Source: Azolla caroliniana
Lineage: Eukaryota > Plantae > Polypodiophyta
Assembly (NCBI GenBank): GCA_043228905.1
Contig: JBHGNT010000007.1
Location: forward strand, 434,001-498,000
Length of the DNA stretch: 64,000 bases
Direction: 5' to 3'
Notes under the pieces: generated by a model
Told to the model about the DNA's origin: nothing
Databases searched by the model: none
What the model saw: only the letters and a program-made list of their open reading frames with translations
Program-made: the position numbers and the translations under genes
In this document: positions 50,600 to 64,000 of the stretch, one piece after another
Position numbering within the stretch: position 1 is the first letter of the stretch
Layout: every line of letters begins with the position of its first letter

Positions 50600-51222
50600 C
50601 TTGTTCAAGCATCGGTCGTATCCCCGGCAACGACGCCAAATAGATGTGTAGGATCTATGTATCGACTTGGTTAACTAATCAATGTCGTTTGCGGAGTTCG
50701 AATCGGCATATACCCTTTTGATGGAGAATCAGGCGGAGATGGTTGTCGAACACCCTTGAGCCTCACACTCAACGATTAATAGATGATTAAGCACGATATC
50801 TCTCTCACTCTGTCAAACTCGCTCTCATAGACAATAGGGTAATGAATATAGACAATAAGAGTAATGAATATGTTTATTAACCCTCTTGCTAAGAGTTCTA
50901 GCACCAACAAGGAAGAGAGATTAATGTTCTCTAACTAAACACCTCACTAATCTCTCTTAAGCTTAAAGGTTACAAGAGGGAGGAGAGGAAGCTCTAGCTC
51001 TTAATCAATAGGGAGATCTTTACAAATGGAAGAACCCTTACAAAGCCACCACAATGTAGTTTATATAGCATTTACATTTAGGGTATGGCCATTTAACACT
51101 TGGATGTCCCTTGGCCCTTTTTCCTCTTGCCATTTCATCTTCATAGGTCCTTTAGCCATACTACGTCCTTGTTGATGCACTCTTCTTCATGATCGGTCGT
51201 GGTGCAATCCAAGCGCTTAACA
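50600..51222 (-). mobile_element. Truncated Athila-like gypsy 5' LTR plus PBS
   Basis: Minus strand starts TGTTAAGCGC at 51222, has CTATATAAAC at ~51065, and TGGCGTCGTTGCCGGGGA (tRNA-Asp-type PBS) at 50638-50621. Confidence 0.72.
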
Positions 51223-54200
51223 CCTTACGATGGCACTATCGATTAGGTCACTTAAACCATCAAACAATGGTTCACATGGCCCGACAACATATAGCAATTG
51301 GTTTTACTCTTCCTATTAAATCGAAACTATCCCTTTGCAAAGGGTGTATATTTGGAAAACTCTCTAACTCGCCATTTCCATCCCATCCTACAACGACCAC
51401 TAAACCCCTCCAACTAGTACATACAAATATATGTGGTCCTTTGTCTACCTCATCCCTATCTAGAAATGTATATTTCCTAACATTTATCGATGACTTTACT
51501 CATTTCACAATGGTCACGTTTCTCAAGACAAAATGTAGCGATCAAGTCCTTGAGAAATATAAAGCCTGCAATAAACTTGTAACAAATCAACAAGATTTAC
51601 CCCTTAAAGTACTCCAATAAGATAATGGTGGAGAATTCAAGTCCCAAAACTTCCAAACTTACTGCCAAAACCATGGGATTCAACAACGGTTTACTATCCG
51701 ATATACACCCCAACATAATTCAAGGGCTGAACAACGAAACCGGTTGTATATGGATGCCACTCATTGCATGCTCGCCGTTGCAAACCTTCCCCGAACATAT
51801 TGGGAAGAGGTTGTTTCAACCGCTTGTCATATATTCAATAGAACATATAGTCGATCAATTAGAACAACTCCATTTTCCTTGTGGTTAGGAAAAAATCCAA
51901 ATTATGAAAATCTAAGAATCTTTGGATGTCCATCATATGCATTTGTACCCTTAGAAACTCGATCAAAATTAGATAATCACGCAATTTGCACAATATTTTT
52001 TGGGTATGGCGAACTTCAGGGCTATAAGGGTTATCGATTATACGACCCAAAATCCAAAAGATTTATATTTCGTCAACGAGTTATATTTGATGAAGATAAA
52101 CTGATATCTAATCCTCACCCACATCATGGCTATGAAAAGATACAAGACGCGACTACCATGTCTAACAGTGAATCCAATAAAGAAGTAATATCATCACCTA
52201 CTAATTCTTGGCGGGCTCCACAAATGTTCTCGGAAATTTAACAAGTCACACTTGACCATATGCCAATTAACCACCCTCCCCCACTAATGCCCTCATCTCT
52301 AGAGGTCCGCCCACAAGTCCCAGGTTCAACCAATAACTCCAACTTATGGCCTCTAATAACCAAACAATCACAACAAACTGATGTACATACCCCAATTTTA
52401 AACACTAACCCTACCCAAACTAAAAAGAGCCTTAATAATCACCTTAGCACTCATAAGGAAAAACCTTTAGATGGAACACAATTAAGTCACATTGATTATT
52501 CATGTTCCCATCCTATTAAAAATCTCCTTATCCCATTACGACGATCCTCACACCTTAATGGCAAGGGGAAAACCATTGGTCCCAACGATGCAAAAGTAAT
52601 TAAAATAGGAAGTAGAAATATTTCATATTCCACTAATAATCAACATGTAGAACATACAAATAGTTTTGACATTCCCAAATCACCTAGTTCACTTAGTGCT
52701 ACATCCACTCCAAAGAAAGTTCGTACTATTCAAGATCTTTATGATCACACAAAAAAAATAGATGCCCTTGTTGCGGACCATCAATTTGAACCCGAGTTTG
52801 CATTTTCGGCACTTGGTTTTCCCTCAAACACATCAGACGTTTCTGATGATCCCTTAACTATCAATGAGGCATTGCAAAGTCCAGATCGTGTTGAATGGCA
52901 AGCTACCATGGCAAAAGAACTTGAATCTCTTGAGGCCAACAAAACATGGACTCTAGTCCCACTCCCAATAGGACGCTCACCTATTTCATGCAAGTGGGTG
53001 TTGAACAAAAAACTAAACCTTGATGCTATTGTTGCACGTTACAAAGCTCGACTTGTAGCTCGTGGTTTTTCCCAAGTTGAAGGCCTTGACCCATCTGAGA
53101 TATTCTCACCGTTCTTCGAATGACATCTTTTCGGCTCGTAATGGCCCTGGCCACCATTCTTGACCTCGAAGTACATCACTTGGATGTCCAAACGGCATTT
53201 CTACATGGTGATTTACTAGAAGAAATCTACATGTCACAACCTCCCGAGTTTGAGTCACACTCTCAATCAAACTATTTGTGTCGATTACATCGATCACTTT
53301 ATGGACTCAAACAATCTCCTAGGTTATGGTTTCAAAAATTTAGCAATTTTATGCTCACATGGCTATTCTAGATTGTTATCAGAACCAAATATATACATTA
53401 GACATAATCATACATCTAATCGGTTGTTAGTGGTAGCACTATATGTATATGGCATTCCTATAGTCGGAACACGATCTGAAATTACTCAAGAAAACCTAGA
53501 GCTTTCCAAAGCATTTTCAATAACAGATTTAGGTCCCCTATCTTATTTCCTAGGTATGCAAGTTATGCGTAATCGTAGTATGGGCACTTTGATAATTCAT
53601 CACAATAAATTCATTAATGAAATTTTGAAATCCTTCGAAATGCTGAACATTAAACCTTGCACTACTCCCTTACCACTAACATGTAACTTGAGCATATCTG
53701 ATGGTCCAACCACAAAAAGAGATATTAATTTTATGCAACAATTTCCTTTTAAACAATTAATAGGAAGACTTTGATATTTAGTCACAGGAACTCGTCTTGA
53801 CCTTTATTTTGCAATTAATTATCTTTCAAGCTTTATGCATAACCCTGGCCTTATGTGATATCTAACACACACATCTAACTATGGATTAACATAAAAACGA
53901 TCCCAATCCAAAAGACCAATCAAATCACTTGTTGGTTGGTCTGATTCGGATTGGGGGGGGGGGGGGGGGGGGGGCGTTGATTCTTGAAGATCTACTACTG
54001 GTTTTTCTTTTATAATGGCAGGAGCAGCAGTGACGTGGCAATCGAAAAAACAAGAATCTATGACACTCTCATCTGCTCACGCCAAATTCGTAGTAGTGGT
54101 GTTGGCAGCTAAAGAAGGACTATGGTTGCAAACAGTGTTAAAGGAACTCCAACTGTGTGAACCACTTCAATTGAAAATCTTTTGTGACAATATATCATGT

Positions 54201-54684
54201 ATCTACTTAACGAAGAATCCAAAGCACTCAGAGAAAACAAAACATGTGGATTTAAAATATCACTTTATACAAGAGTTGGCCGAAGAAAACAAGCTTACCT
54301 TAGAGTTTACATCGACAAATCATATGTGGGCTGATTTTCTAACAAATCCTCTCCATTCGGACAAATTTGAAGCTTGTTGTGAAAATTTAGGATTACAACG
54401 ATTCACAACTAATTAGTTTATGGGAGGCGGTTGTAATAAACTAATTACTTTTGAATAAGTAAATAGAAAAATAAAGTATAAAAACGAAAAGCCACACAAT
54501 ATGAAAAGGTGCACCCAAAAATAGGGTGCACCTATAACCACCACATTCTCTCTTTCTGTGGTTGGTTGGTTGTAGAGAGAGACACAAAACATTCATTTCT
54601 TCTCTTTCTCTCTCTCCCTTTCTCCCTCTCTTTCTATTTCTTGTTTCCTATACTTGTATATAATGTATATGTACATTCTTATCA
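51223..54684 (+). mobile_element. Decayed Ty1/copia element (integrase-RT-RNase H plus 3' LTR)
   Basis: WHYRLGHLN, LTFIDDFT, YKARLVARGFSQ, HLDVQTAFLHG, TKHVDLKYHFI with frameshifts; PPT GGGAGGCGG then an LTR-like TGTAAT...TTATCA at 54432-54684. Confidence 0.88.
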
Positions 54685-54986
54685 CAGATTTCAAGCGTGG
54701 AAATCACGAATCACATATATGATCATGTGATAGATTTGTGTGTGGTAATGGTATACAAATGATGTATGTATATGATTCATCCATTCAACAGTTCATGATT
54801 CTCACGCCTCAATCACAGTCACAAAAATCTGGACAGGAATGAAGATTGAAAGACCGGATTTATGTACATATATGTATGTATATTAATCTGATTGCTTGGA
54901 ACTTTGTACTCAAGTGAAGGAGATGATTTGCAGGTTCAAGAATTATATATTGGTCAAGCCTATTGATTGATTGATTGATTGGGACA
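54653..54986 (+). repeat. Dispersed direct repeat, copy 2 of 26592-26925
   Basis: Colinear match to the sequence upstream of MLO exon 2. Confidence 0.88.
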
Positions 54987-56300
54987 ATCGAAATGGATAT
55001 GTCGTGGAGTTTGCATGAATTGGCTAAGGAGGTTGACCGGAAAGCTTAGGTCGGGTCGAGTGATCATGAGGTAGATGAGACTACCAACAAGTTGTCGATA
55101 GTGTGTCGGCTCACTCTCTATGGTGCCAGAATTGGCATCCAGTTTGAGATTTCGGTCGAGAGGGGTTGCTACAGATTTGCACTCGGTCATCCCGAACTTG
55201 TATAACAAGTTGAGGATGTAGTGTCGTTGGGAGATCATAATACCAGTCGGAGTCTGAATTACCTCGATGCCAAGGAAGTAATGGAGCTCTTTCATGTCCG
55301 TCATCTCTAATTTGCTGGAGAGGAGGGACTTGATTTTGTTGATGTCAACTAGATGGTCACCACCAATGACCAGATCATCCACGTATAGGATGATGACAAT
55401 GGGACTTTCGGAATCGCTTCTTATATAGAGAGAATTGTCGGATTTTGTCATTCAAAAGCCGATTCGATGAAGATATTGTGTTATCGTCGAGTGCCAAGCA
55501 TGTGGTGCTTGCTTAAGACTGAAGAGAGGCTTCTTGAGTTGGCAGACGACTTTCGGATGAAAAATTGGATTCGAAGCAAGGTGGTTGTACTATGTACACT
55601 TCCTCTTCTAATTCGCCTTGAAGAAAGGTGTTCTTGACATCCATCTAGTGGAGGTGGCACCCTTTCACTGCAACATGTGTTATCACGGTCTGCACGGTTT
55701 TCATCTTTACCACCGGGGCAATGGTCTCTTCATAGTCTACTCCATGTTTTTGTGCGTAGCCCTTTGATACGAGTCGAGCTTTGTAGTGGTTGACGGAACC
55801 GTCGGCATTATACTTCAGTTTGTATAACCATTTGTAGCTAATTGCCTTCTTGTGCGGTGAGTGAGGGACGAGATCCCATGTCTCATTCTTGCTAAGAGCT
55901 TGCATCTCCTCGTTCATCGCTTCAACCCATCGCGGATCTTTAGCGACTTTGGCAAAGCTCTCTAGTTCTCGAACTGCTGCCACCTTCATCATAAATGCAT
56001 AGTGTTATGCCATATAGTCGTTGTAGCCGAATCTGCTAACAGGATTCTTCTCACGGGTGGAGCGACGAAGTTTTTTGTTTGCCGATGTGAGTGCTCTCTT
56101 TACTCCAGGCGACCTCATAAGAGGCACATCAAAGCCATCGAACTCACTATCAAGTGAGTGAGTCGATTCGTTGTCGTCGAAGTGATCGTCTTCATATTCC
56201 GGCATTTTGGCCTTCCCTTTGTCCATCTTTGGACTTGGTCAAGATATGCTTTGGTTGCTTGGAGGCTCTTGTGGTCCGCTCAATTTGGTTGAGATAGGAG
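54987..56300 (-). mobile_element. Ty1/copia RT fragment
   Basis: WVEAMNEEMQALSKNETWDLV, YKARLVSKGYAQ, ILYVDDLVIG, YRQLVGSLIYL; truncated at both ends with no LTR. Confidence 0.9.
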
Positions 56301-56321
56301 TTGACACGGGCGGACCACAAG

Positions 56322-59300
56322 AGGCTCGTCCAGGGGAACAGCTTTGGAGGAGTTGACACGGGCGGTAAAGGATCTCCAGATCGCCCAAGCTCGGAGGGAA
56401 GGCGGCGAACAGGCTCGTGACCGACGGCCTCCGGTAGGAAATATGTGCATGTGGTGCGACGAGGTCGGCCACATCCGGAAAGACTGCGGGGACTTTGCGG
56501 AGGCTTTGAGAACCTGGGTAGTGTACCTGTGGGAAGGTCGGGTGCACGCCAGCGATACCCGGAGGGCCCTGAACCGAAACGACGGGCGAGGAGGAATGAA
56601 AAGGCTGATGGAAGAGGCAGCGGCCCGGCACGCGGAGATCGTCCACTACTCGGCGTCATCCGGTATTCAGGTCGGAGGCAGCGAGGCCCGGAAGGAGAGC
56701 AAAGCCGGGCTCTGGCCGACGATTCTAGAAGGCCTCGCCGGTGCCCGACTAAGGAAAGACGAGGCGGACCGCGCGGAGAAGTGGGTCCAGGAGTTACCCG
56801 GTCGAAGAAAAGACAGGTTTCGTCGAAGCAGCTACGAGGCTCTGGTTGAAGACAAACGGGTAGGTAAGACCGGAGGGGCCGGACCCTCACAGAGATACGA
56901 AACCCGATTCGGGCCGAAACGGAACGAGGCCGGTGAGACCAATGCCCGAGATAACCACAAGAAGGGCGGATACTGGTTGGGCATGGAGATCGAAAGGACC
57001 ACAGGCCTACGAAAGGTCCTGGAAGAACGAATCCTCGATAGCAAGGTGGAACTGTCGTTGCGGGAGGTGCTTGGAATCGCCAAGAAGGAGTTCCACGACT
57101 CCATCGTAGACTTGGTGAAGAGGAAGAGGCTGTCGACGGAGGCAGAACCGGGAAGGCCGGTGGAGGTGCGAACGACGCACATAGAGGACATGGCGCTGGA
57201 AGACGAGTGAGCGGAGAGCCACTATTCGAGGCCACACTTGGGCCCGAGCGACCACGGAAACCCCGGTGAAGATCAGAGACGTTCAGGAACCGGTGGTGGC
57301 GCTAGTGGACCACGGTTCAGAAATAAACCTGATGTCCATGGACTTCTACAAAAAGGGGAAATGGTTGATCAACACCAAGCACGGGTGGAAGATAAGGGCG
57401 GCGACGCGCGCCACCGAGGAACTACACGGGGCCTGCCCAAACGTGCGAGTCAAGATCGGCCACGTCGAGATAGACCAACACTTCTTTGTGCAGGAGATGT
57501 CCTCGCACCTGGTCATACTGGGAGAACCGTACATTACGGCAGCGCGGATGGAGACCAAGGTGCTGGACAACGGGTCGGCTTACGCGAGGGTCAAGAGTCA
57601 GGACGAGCGTCATTCGGTCCACAAGCGAAACTGCGAGCGAAACTGCGAGTCCTCGGTGGCGAGAACCGAGAGGATTTTTAGAGAGGGCTGTCAAGGCGTG
57701 GGGTCGCGATAGTCTGGACACTCCGGGAAACCCCACAAATGTACGATAGAAGCGAAACCGAAGAAACCTTGTACCGTAAGTAGGAAGTTTTGTTTCTCCG
57801 ACAACGGAGGGTGTATGATAGTCGGCGTCGTTGGCCGAGAAAAGACAAGGGCGGAAGAGCGACTTCGGGCGTGCGGAGTTCTCGGGCCCAGCGAGGAAAT
57901 CAACGGAGCCGTGGAGGCGGTCTCCTTCGACGATACCTTGGGAATACTGCGAGAGGTGGTCGGAGAGGGCCCTAAAGAGGACCGGACGATACCGGTTTGT
58001 TCAGAAGAGATGTACGAAGTCATCGCGGACTTCAGTCGGGGGTTCGAGTCGGATCGGACGGCCCGGGTTAACACGAAGTACAAGACTGTGGACCGGAAGA
58101 TAAGGCCAGTCGTGGCACCCTTACCGGAGGGCAGCAAGTTGAGAATCAAGGCGGTCGCGTCGGACCCCAGTTTACGAGATCCGGCTTGCATAGGACACAC
58201 CTTCACCGACAGAACGCTACGGGAGCTCAAAATCGGTGGGGGCGGGTTCCTACTGCCGGCGGAAGAAGATCGGTTTCGGAGAATGCTCGGAAGGCACGGG
58301 AAAGCCTTCGCATTCTCACCGGAAGAGGGTGCGTAGACCCGATAGTCGTGAAGCCGATGGTGATATTCATGGTACCGCATGTGGCGTGGAATCTCAAACC
58401 AATTCCGGTACCGAGAGCTCACATCCCGGAGCTGATGGAGCTGTTGAGGCAGAAAGTCGATATGGGCATCCTCGAACCGTCGAGTGCCCCGTACTCAAGC
58501 CGGTGGTTTATAGTACCGAAGAAGAACGGGACATTGCGCTTCATTCAAGACCTGCAACCGGTCAACAGAGTGACCATTCGGAACGCAAGAATCGGACCAA
58601 CGATAGACGAATTCGCAGAGGCCTTCACCGGAAGGTCGATCTACTCGGTCGGTGATCTGTACTCGGGGTACGATCAGTTCCAACTAGCCGTGGAGAGTAG
58701 AGACATTACGACGATGCGGACTCCCCTCGGCCTAGTACGAATGTGTACGCTGCCATAAGGAGGGACGAACTCGGTGGCCCACATGGTGAATGCGATGAAC
58801 AAGGTGCTGAGGGATTGTATCCTGGACATCACCATGCCATTCTTGGATGACATCCCGATCAAGGGATGTCCAGTGGAGGAAAAGGACGTAACGATCAGAC
58901 CGGACGGATGCCGGAAATTTGTGGCGACACACATTGACGACTGCGAGAGGGTGCTGCAGAGGTTAGAGGACGCGAGGCTCACCTTCTCCGGGGAGAAATC
59001 GGCCTTCGGGAAATCAAAGATCATGGTCGTCAGACATCTATGCGGACCGTATGGCCGGAAACCGTCTCCGGCTAAGGTGGAAGCCATCTCCGCAATGAAG
59101 CCCGACTGTAACTCGGTCATGGAGGCACGGAGGTTCTTGGGAGCATGAGCGTTCTACCACATATGGATCCCGCATTACGCCCACGTTGCCGAGCTGCTAT
59201 ACGGGTTGCTGAAAAAGGGGCGAAAATTCGAATGGCGAGACGAGCATACGGAGTCGGTCCGAAAGATGAAGGAGGCTCTTGCTGTAGCTCCGGCACTCCG

Positions 59301-61895
59301 GAAGGCTGTCTACGAGAAAGGCACTCCCATCTACATGACGGTAGATACAAGTCCGACCGGGATCGGATGGGTCGTCAACCAAGAAGATGAGGACGGCATT
59401 CGGTTCCCAATCCAGTTCAGCGCGAAGGTCCTCAGCGAGCGACAACGAGGATACGCCCAGGTTAAACGCGAACTCTAGGGTATCGTTTCGGCGGTGAAGG
59501 CCGATAAAGACTATCTGATCGGGACCGAGGTGATTATCGAGACGGACTGCCTGCCGATTCTCGGCATGGTTTCCGGATGCGCAACCCCGGACCTGGCAAT
59601 GCTCAGGTGGATAGCGTACATCAAGTCCTTGGATCCGGAAATACGACACATTTCCGGGAAAGACAATGCCATGGCCGACATGCTTTCGAGGGCGCGATTC
59701 GACGACGAGGGCGGCATGGTTTCGGAGGACAAGGAAGTCGGCGTGTACTTCTTCGAGGCAACTTACGTAACAACCGAGGGGGGGAGCACTCCGGCGCTTA
59801 ACAATTTCAACAAGAGCAAGTACGACGGGGAGTGGCTGCAAATTGGGGGATTCTTAAGGACGATGACGCCGGACGCGTCATGGACAAAGGACGAGGCCAA
59901 CCGGATCCGGAAGAAAGCGTACCGATTCTTTCTCCGGGACGGATACTTGTGGAAGCACCCGAAGAAGAGAAACAGCATCCCACTCCGAGTAGTGGCGATG
60001 GAGGAGGAACAGGAGGAGTTGTTGAAGGCCTACCACGACAGCCCCTTGGCTGGACACCGTGGCTCATGGGCCACGTTCAAGAAACTAAAGGGGAAGTACT
60101 GGTGGCCGGGACTGTACCGGGACGTGCATCGGTTCGTGACAACTTGTGAGAGCTGTCAGATACACTCCATAGTCTGGCATCGGGACGAGCTTCACCCTAC
60201 ATACCCTCCGGCCATCCACTTCAAATGGATGGTAGATTTGGTGACGATGCTGATGGGTGTGGGGCAAATGCGATATCTGGTGTTGGCCCGGGAGGACCTG
60301 ACGAACCAGGTGGAAGGCCGAGCCCTGCAGAACAAAACGACCGCGGCCGTGTGTCGGTTCCTGATCGAGGACGTGATATGCCGGTACGGGTGCGTCGGGA
60401 AGACCGTGGCTGACCGCGGGGAGTTGGACGCCGAAGAGGCCGAGGAGTTGTTCGACCGGTTAGGGGTCAAGCTCTCGCTCACCACAGCGTACAATCCGGA
60501 GGCGAATGGGAAGGTGGAGTGCAGACACGGACCGATCGTCAAAGCGCTAGTCCAAGCATGCGGAGGCCAGGTTGGGAACTGGCCACGACTGTTACCTTAT
60601 GCCTTGTGGGCGGACCGGACAACGCACAGTTCGGTAACCGGGTTCATGCCGTCAGAGCTCATGTTCGGACAGAAGCCGATCATGCCGATGGAACGGACGA
60701 TCTCCTCTTGGGCGACAGTGAACTGGAGAGACGAGATGAGTCGGGAAGAACTGCTAGCGGCGCGTATACGACAGCTCAAGCGGAGGCCAGAGGACGTGGA
60801 ACAAGCGACGGAGAGACTTCGGACGGCGAGGATGAGGAACAAAGCCCGGTTTGACCGAACGCACCGGCTCTGACCAAAGAAAATCGAGGAAAGCGACTAG
60901 GTGCTAGTCTACGACAGCAGCCTCGACAACCAGCAACGGGCAACACGGAAGTTTGCAAAGCGGTGGTTCGGGCCTTACGTGGTAACGAGCGCCAACGACA
61001 ACGGGACGTATCACCTGGCGGAACTCGACGGTACGAGGATGGTGATACCGGTGGCAGGGAAGCGGATCAAAGCGTTCAAGAAGCACCACGACGGCGAACC
61101 GGATCTAAGAGGCCTGGATAACGACGACGAACAGTCCAAAACGGAGGACGAACCGATGGACGAGGAACCGGAACCCGGACCGGTTTTCTCCAACCAGAAC
61201 CCAATTTTGGCGCATACCGGTGGATGCGCGGTTAGGTGGGGGCGGATGTCGTGAAGAAAACCGTCCCTTAGCGCAATCGGTGCATAGAGCACGTAAACCG
61301 GCTCTTCACGCGTGCGCGCCCTTTAATGTATATAATAGAGAGTAAGGTACAAAGGTATATCCTAGGTAGTTAGATTCAATAGGTAGGAAGTTAATGAGGG
61401 AAACGGCTCCCTTCTTGAAGCTATAAAAGAGAGGGAGACGCGGGGAGAAAGGGATCGCGCATTGAGGAGGACGAAGTGCTGTCGGACCGAAACCGAACAC
61501 TTCTCCTCTGTTCGTTCTCCATCGCTCTTCTCTGCAGGTTTTCGGGAGGCTCGCGCCGCTTCGAGGAACGCTCGTGTGCTTCCGGCAGCACCTCCATCCT
61601 ATCCCCTTTCGTGCGCAGACGAGCAAGCATCGGCATTTGTTCGCCGACCTGTTCGGTTGTAACCGCTCGCGTGCTCTGTTGTTTATTTGTCATTCGTTAA
61701 TATACAAACATTCGTGTCTCTCTGTCTCTATGTCCATTCGTGTCTTCTGCGTTGACGGGCCGTGTCCCTGTGTTTCTTTGCTCATACGTAACCGGGCGTC
61801 TCTCTCTTTCTCTTCCCCTTCTATCACCTGCTCTTTGGTTCAAGACCCCGGTGGTCCCGCCTCGTTTCTCCACGCACGCGCGTAGTAACGCGACA
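56322..61895 (+). mobile_element. 5'-truncated Ty3/gypsy element with 3' LTR (gag end, PR, RT, RNase H, IN)
   Basis: CMWCDEVGHIRKDC knuckle, ALVDHGSEINLM protease, DLYSGYDQF and PFLDDIPIKG RT, VDTSPTGIG RNase H, integrase ORF 59494-60873, WFGPY motif; PPT GGTGGGGGCGGA; LTR 61247-~61895. Several stops and frameshifts. Confidence 0.9.
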
Positions 61896-61980
61896 ACACG
61901 TTATTGTGACTTCGTTGCGATGTTACGGAATCCATGTGCTATTGCGTAGTGTCTTCAGTATCCACGGCTTTGTTGAGCGG

Positions 61981-64000
61981 TGTCGTGGAGAAAACCGCCC
62001 CTAGGAGGAATCGAAGGGAGGAGGCGTGACCCAATCCTTTTCGTGTGTGTGTGTGTTTATGAATTGTACATAGCTAGGAATAGATCGGCCGATGTACATA
62101 TGTACTAGGGAGGGTATTAATTGTCTAGGGAATCGATGCGTATCTCTGTCTGAAAGGATAGAGAATAAAGTTGATATGTTTTGATGTAACGGCCTCCTCG
62201 GCAACCTAGAAAAGGGAGGTGAGAAGAAGAAGAAGAGAGGGGGGGGGCATTTTGGGCGAGGAGGAAGTGTTGCTGGACTGGGAACCGAGCTCTCCTCTTC
62301 AACCGCTGCTCTCCACTACATTTCTGTGCCAGTTGCCTCTGCTGCGTGTAAGCCCGTGTGCTTCTAGTAAAGGCTCCTTCGTGCGTTCTCTGTGTCGTTC
62401 GTGTGTGTGCGTGGGACCTCCGTTTTGGGTCTGTTTCCGGCTTGTCGGTTGTAATCGTTGTTGGCATTGTAATTGAATCTTCCGTTCCATTCTCTCTCTG
62501 TGTGTTTTAGCGAATCACTCTTCCTCTTCTTTCTCCCGCTCCTTGGTTCAGGGCCCCCGCGGTCCCGCCTCGTTTCACACACGAGAGCGTAACAACACGA
62601 CATATTTAGTGAACCCGACGTGAACAAAGGTGGCCAAGGAGTTGAAGATGAGGGGATCCGAGCTTGCTGAAGCTATGGCAGTAGTCGTTGACCGGCTAGT
62701 GAGTGCTCGCGAGGGAACGGGTGCCCTCGATAGGGCCATAGAATCGATTTATGGCACCATAGGCCGATTCGGCGAGAAGAATGCCACGAGCAATTTGGAG
62801 GCCTATCGGGCCGAAATGATCATGAGGGACACCCCCAAGGACAGACGATTGTCCAGATTACCCCGAGCATCCACGCGGAGGTGCTCGAGGTGTTGGCCAG
62901 ACGCCAGGCTTGGGTGGAGCTCGAGGGGCGGCTCCTCGAGAAGTAAGGGTACAACGATTCGCTTCGGCTGTCGAAGCGGGACTTCATGGCTTGGGTTGAG
63001 AGCCTTGGAAAGGGGAGGAACACGTCGGTGCTCCTCCAGGAATTCGAACAACGGTTCGCTCGGCTGTCGGCGCTGGATCGGATCGTGCTTGACACGAGTA
63101 GGGTCTTGTTGTTCGTTAACTCGGTGCACGCGCTGGATCCGGAGAAGGTGGGTCTCCTATTGGAGACAGATGAAGGCCTCACGGCCGATTGGGTCGTGGT
63201 CAAAGGAGTCTGCGCCCACTTTGACAAGCGGCACAAGTGGAGCGATGAGGGCTCATTCGCGTCGGGGCCGGTCCCGACGAGGAAGCTCGAGGAGCCGGTA
63301 TCGGTGCCGACTGGGAAGGAAGAGACTCAGAATTGGCTCGAGACGAGCCCAGCCTCGAGTAGAGTGGTTGAAGGCTCTTCCGGAGGAGTGGCTCTGGAAG
63401 AGCTGAGGCAAATGGTGCGCAACCTCCAGATCGCACAAGCACAGAGGGACAACGGCGATCAACCTCGTGACCGGAGGCCGCTAACGGGGCAGTGATGCAT
63501 GTGGTGTGACGCTATCGGTCACATTCGGAAAGAATGCGTGGATTTCGCAAAGGCACTCCGGACCAACGTGGTGTACCTTTGGAATGGGCGGGTGCATGCC
63601 GGCAACACACGGAAAGCCCTAGAGTTGAACATCGGGCATGGCGCGATGAAGCGCTTGATGGAAGAAGCGGTGGTGCGACATGTAGAGGCCGTCCACTACT
63701 CTGCGTCGGCAAGTATCTGGGTCAGGGGCAACGAGGTCTGGAAGGCGAAAGACTCCGGATTCTAGCCGCTAGTGCTGGAAGGCCTCTCCGGGGTACGGCT
63801 AAAGAAGGAGGAGACGAACCGCGCGGAACAGCGGATCCGGGAGGTCACCGGATGGGATGATCCAGTTCAAGAAAAGATTGGCTTCGTGGAAGCCGCATGC
63901 CAGAACTACAAGGTCCTGGTAGAAGACAAGCGTGCGGGAAGGGTTGGAGGGGCCGGTCCCTCACAACAGTACAAGACCCGGTTTGGACCAAAGCAGAACG
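61981..64000 (+). mobile_element. Second, related gypsy element: 5' LTR, tRNA-Trp PBS and decayed gag (runs off the window)
   Basis: LTR TGTCGTG...CACGACA 61981-62602; TAGTGAACCCGACGTGAA at 62607-62624 matches the complement of the plant tRNA-Trp 3' end except one base; gag homologous to 56322-56940 (LQIAQA, CMWCDAIGHIRKEC). Confidence 0.88.

Noticed and set aside
53953-53974. Long poly-G run (also poly-C at ~25143-25161) as a G-quadruplex element
   Set aside because: Homopolymer expansions inside decayed repeats; length is also unreliable in sequencing.
56192-57235. 347-aa minus-strand ORF
   Set aside because: Antisense shadow of gypsy gag running across a rearrangement junction; low-complexity P/R/S composition.

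Overview
Eukaryotic land-plant nuclear DNA. It is AT-rich, has GT-AG introns and is dense in retrotransposons; the retroelement lineages suggest a non-seed plant such as a fern (inference). Host genes are (1) a small AT-hook protein gene at 1.6-2.0 kb (+), (2) an apparently intact three-RRM hnRNP-Q/R-like gene with 10 coding exons at 12.4-22.7 kb (-), and (3) an MLO pseudogene at 27.6-36.3 kb (+). The MLO copy carries stops, a frameshift and an L1 insertion and has no exon 1 upstream; an MLO exon 1 lies inverted at 49.5 kb beside a Mutator-like TIR. The rest is nested transposons: a hAT-type non-autonomous element, a foldback element and several solo LTRs with TSDs. A decayed chromovirus appears to use Tf1-type self-priming and hosts an intact Ty1/copia element with identical LTRs. 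Decayed copia relics, an Athila-like LTR/PBS and two head-to-tail tRNA-Trp-primed gypsy elements fill the right end. Most notable are the self-primer/PBS pair, a related non-coding element whose R-U5 is inverted at the predicted self-priming point, the scrambled and duplicated MLO locus, and strong CCGG enrichment in the young elements. I found no clear evidence of a new multi-gene system. All coordinates were read by eye and may be off by a few bases.
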